In this document: in pieces, positions 63,893 to 64,000 of the stretch | How positions within the stretch are numbered: the stretch's first letter is position 1 | How the letters are laid out: each line of letters opens with the position of its first letter | Assembly (NCBI GenBank): GCA_016748015.1 | Contig: JAAOMT010000571.1 | Location: forward strand, 1,360,524 to 1,424,523 | DNA length: 64,000 nt | Reading direction: 5' to 3' | Source of the DNA: Geosiphon pyriformis uo1 | Lineage: Eukaryota; Fungi; Glomeromycota | Program-made: the position numbers and the translations under genes | Notes under the pieces: model-generated | Databases searched by the model: none | What the model saw: the letters and a program-made list of their open reading frames with translations, nothing else | Told to the model about the DNA's origin: nothing

Positions 63893-64000
63893 TGTTACCA
63901 AACAAAATTAGAGATATTATTTAGCATGAAATTATCTTATAATTTCTATCATTAATTAGCATATATTATTGTTTCAAATTATCACTTATTACATTAGCAA
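63893..64000. repeat. Probable start of another LTR interrupting the LINE
   Basis: Begins TGTTACCA, the reverse complement of the TGGTAACA at 61993-62000; LINE homology stops here. Confidence 0.45.

Overview
AT-rich eukaryotic DNA made almost entirely of nested, mostly decayed transposable elements. I found no host gene, rRNA, tRNA or CRISPR array. The protein style resembles Glomeromycotina (Geosiphon-like) repeats; this is recognition from memory, not a search result. Contents: seven Ty3/Gypsy LTR retrotransposon copies (labelled A 1-8114 minus, B 10436-21874 plus, C 23260-26194 plus, D 27905-37406 plus, E 42487-47882 minus, G 47883-57974 plus, H 57975-61005 minus), a solo LTR, two probable further LTR remnants, two APE-RT LINEs, one split DDE transposase and five 20-N scaffold gaps. 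The main result is the architecture shared by A/B/D/E/G, which looks tricistronic. ORF1 (~1900 codons, one frame) is Gag(CCHC)-protease-large Cys-rich domain-dUTPase-pseudo-dUTPase-RT-RNase H. It appears to start at a conserved GTG followed by an ATG-poor ~300-codon extension. ORF2 is an integrase encoded separately behind a conserved stop and a variable 29-62 nt spacer. ORF3 is a conserved ~210-220 aa soluble, non-Env protein ending at the PPT. Insertions make 4-bp TSDs, and decay is dominated by C>T/G>A transitions. Coordinates were counted by hand and may be off by a few bases.
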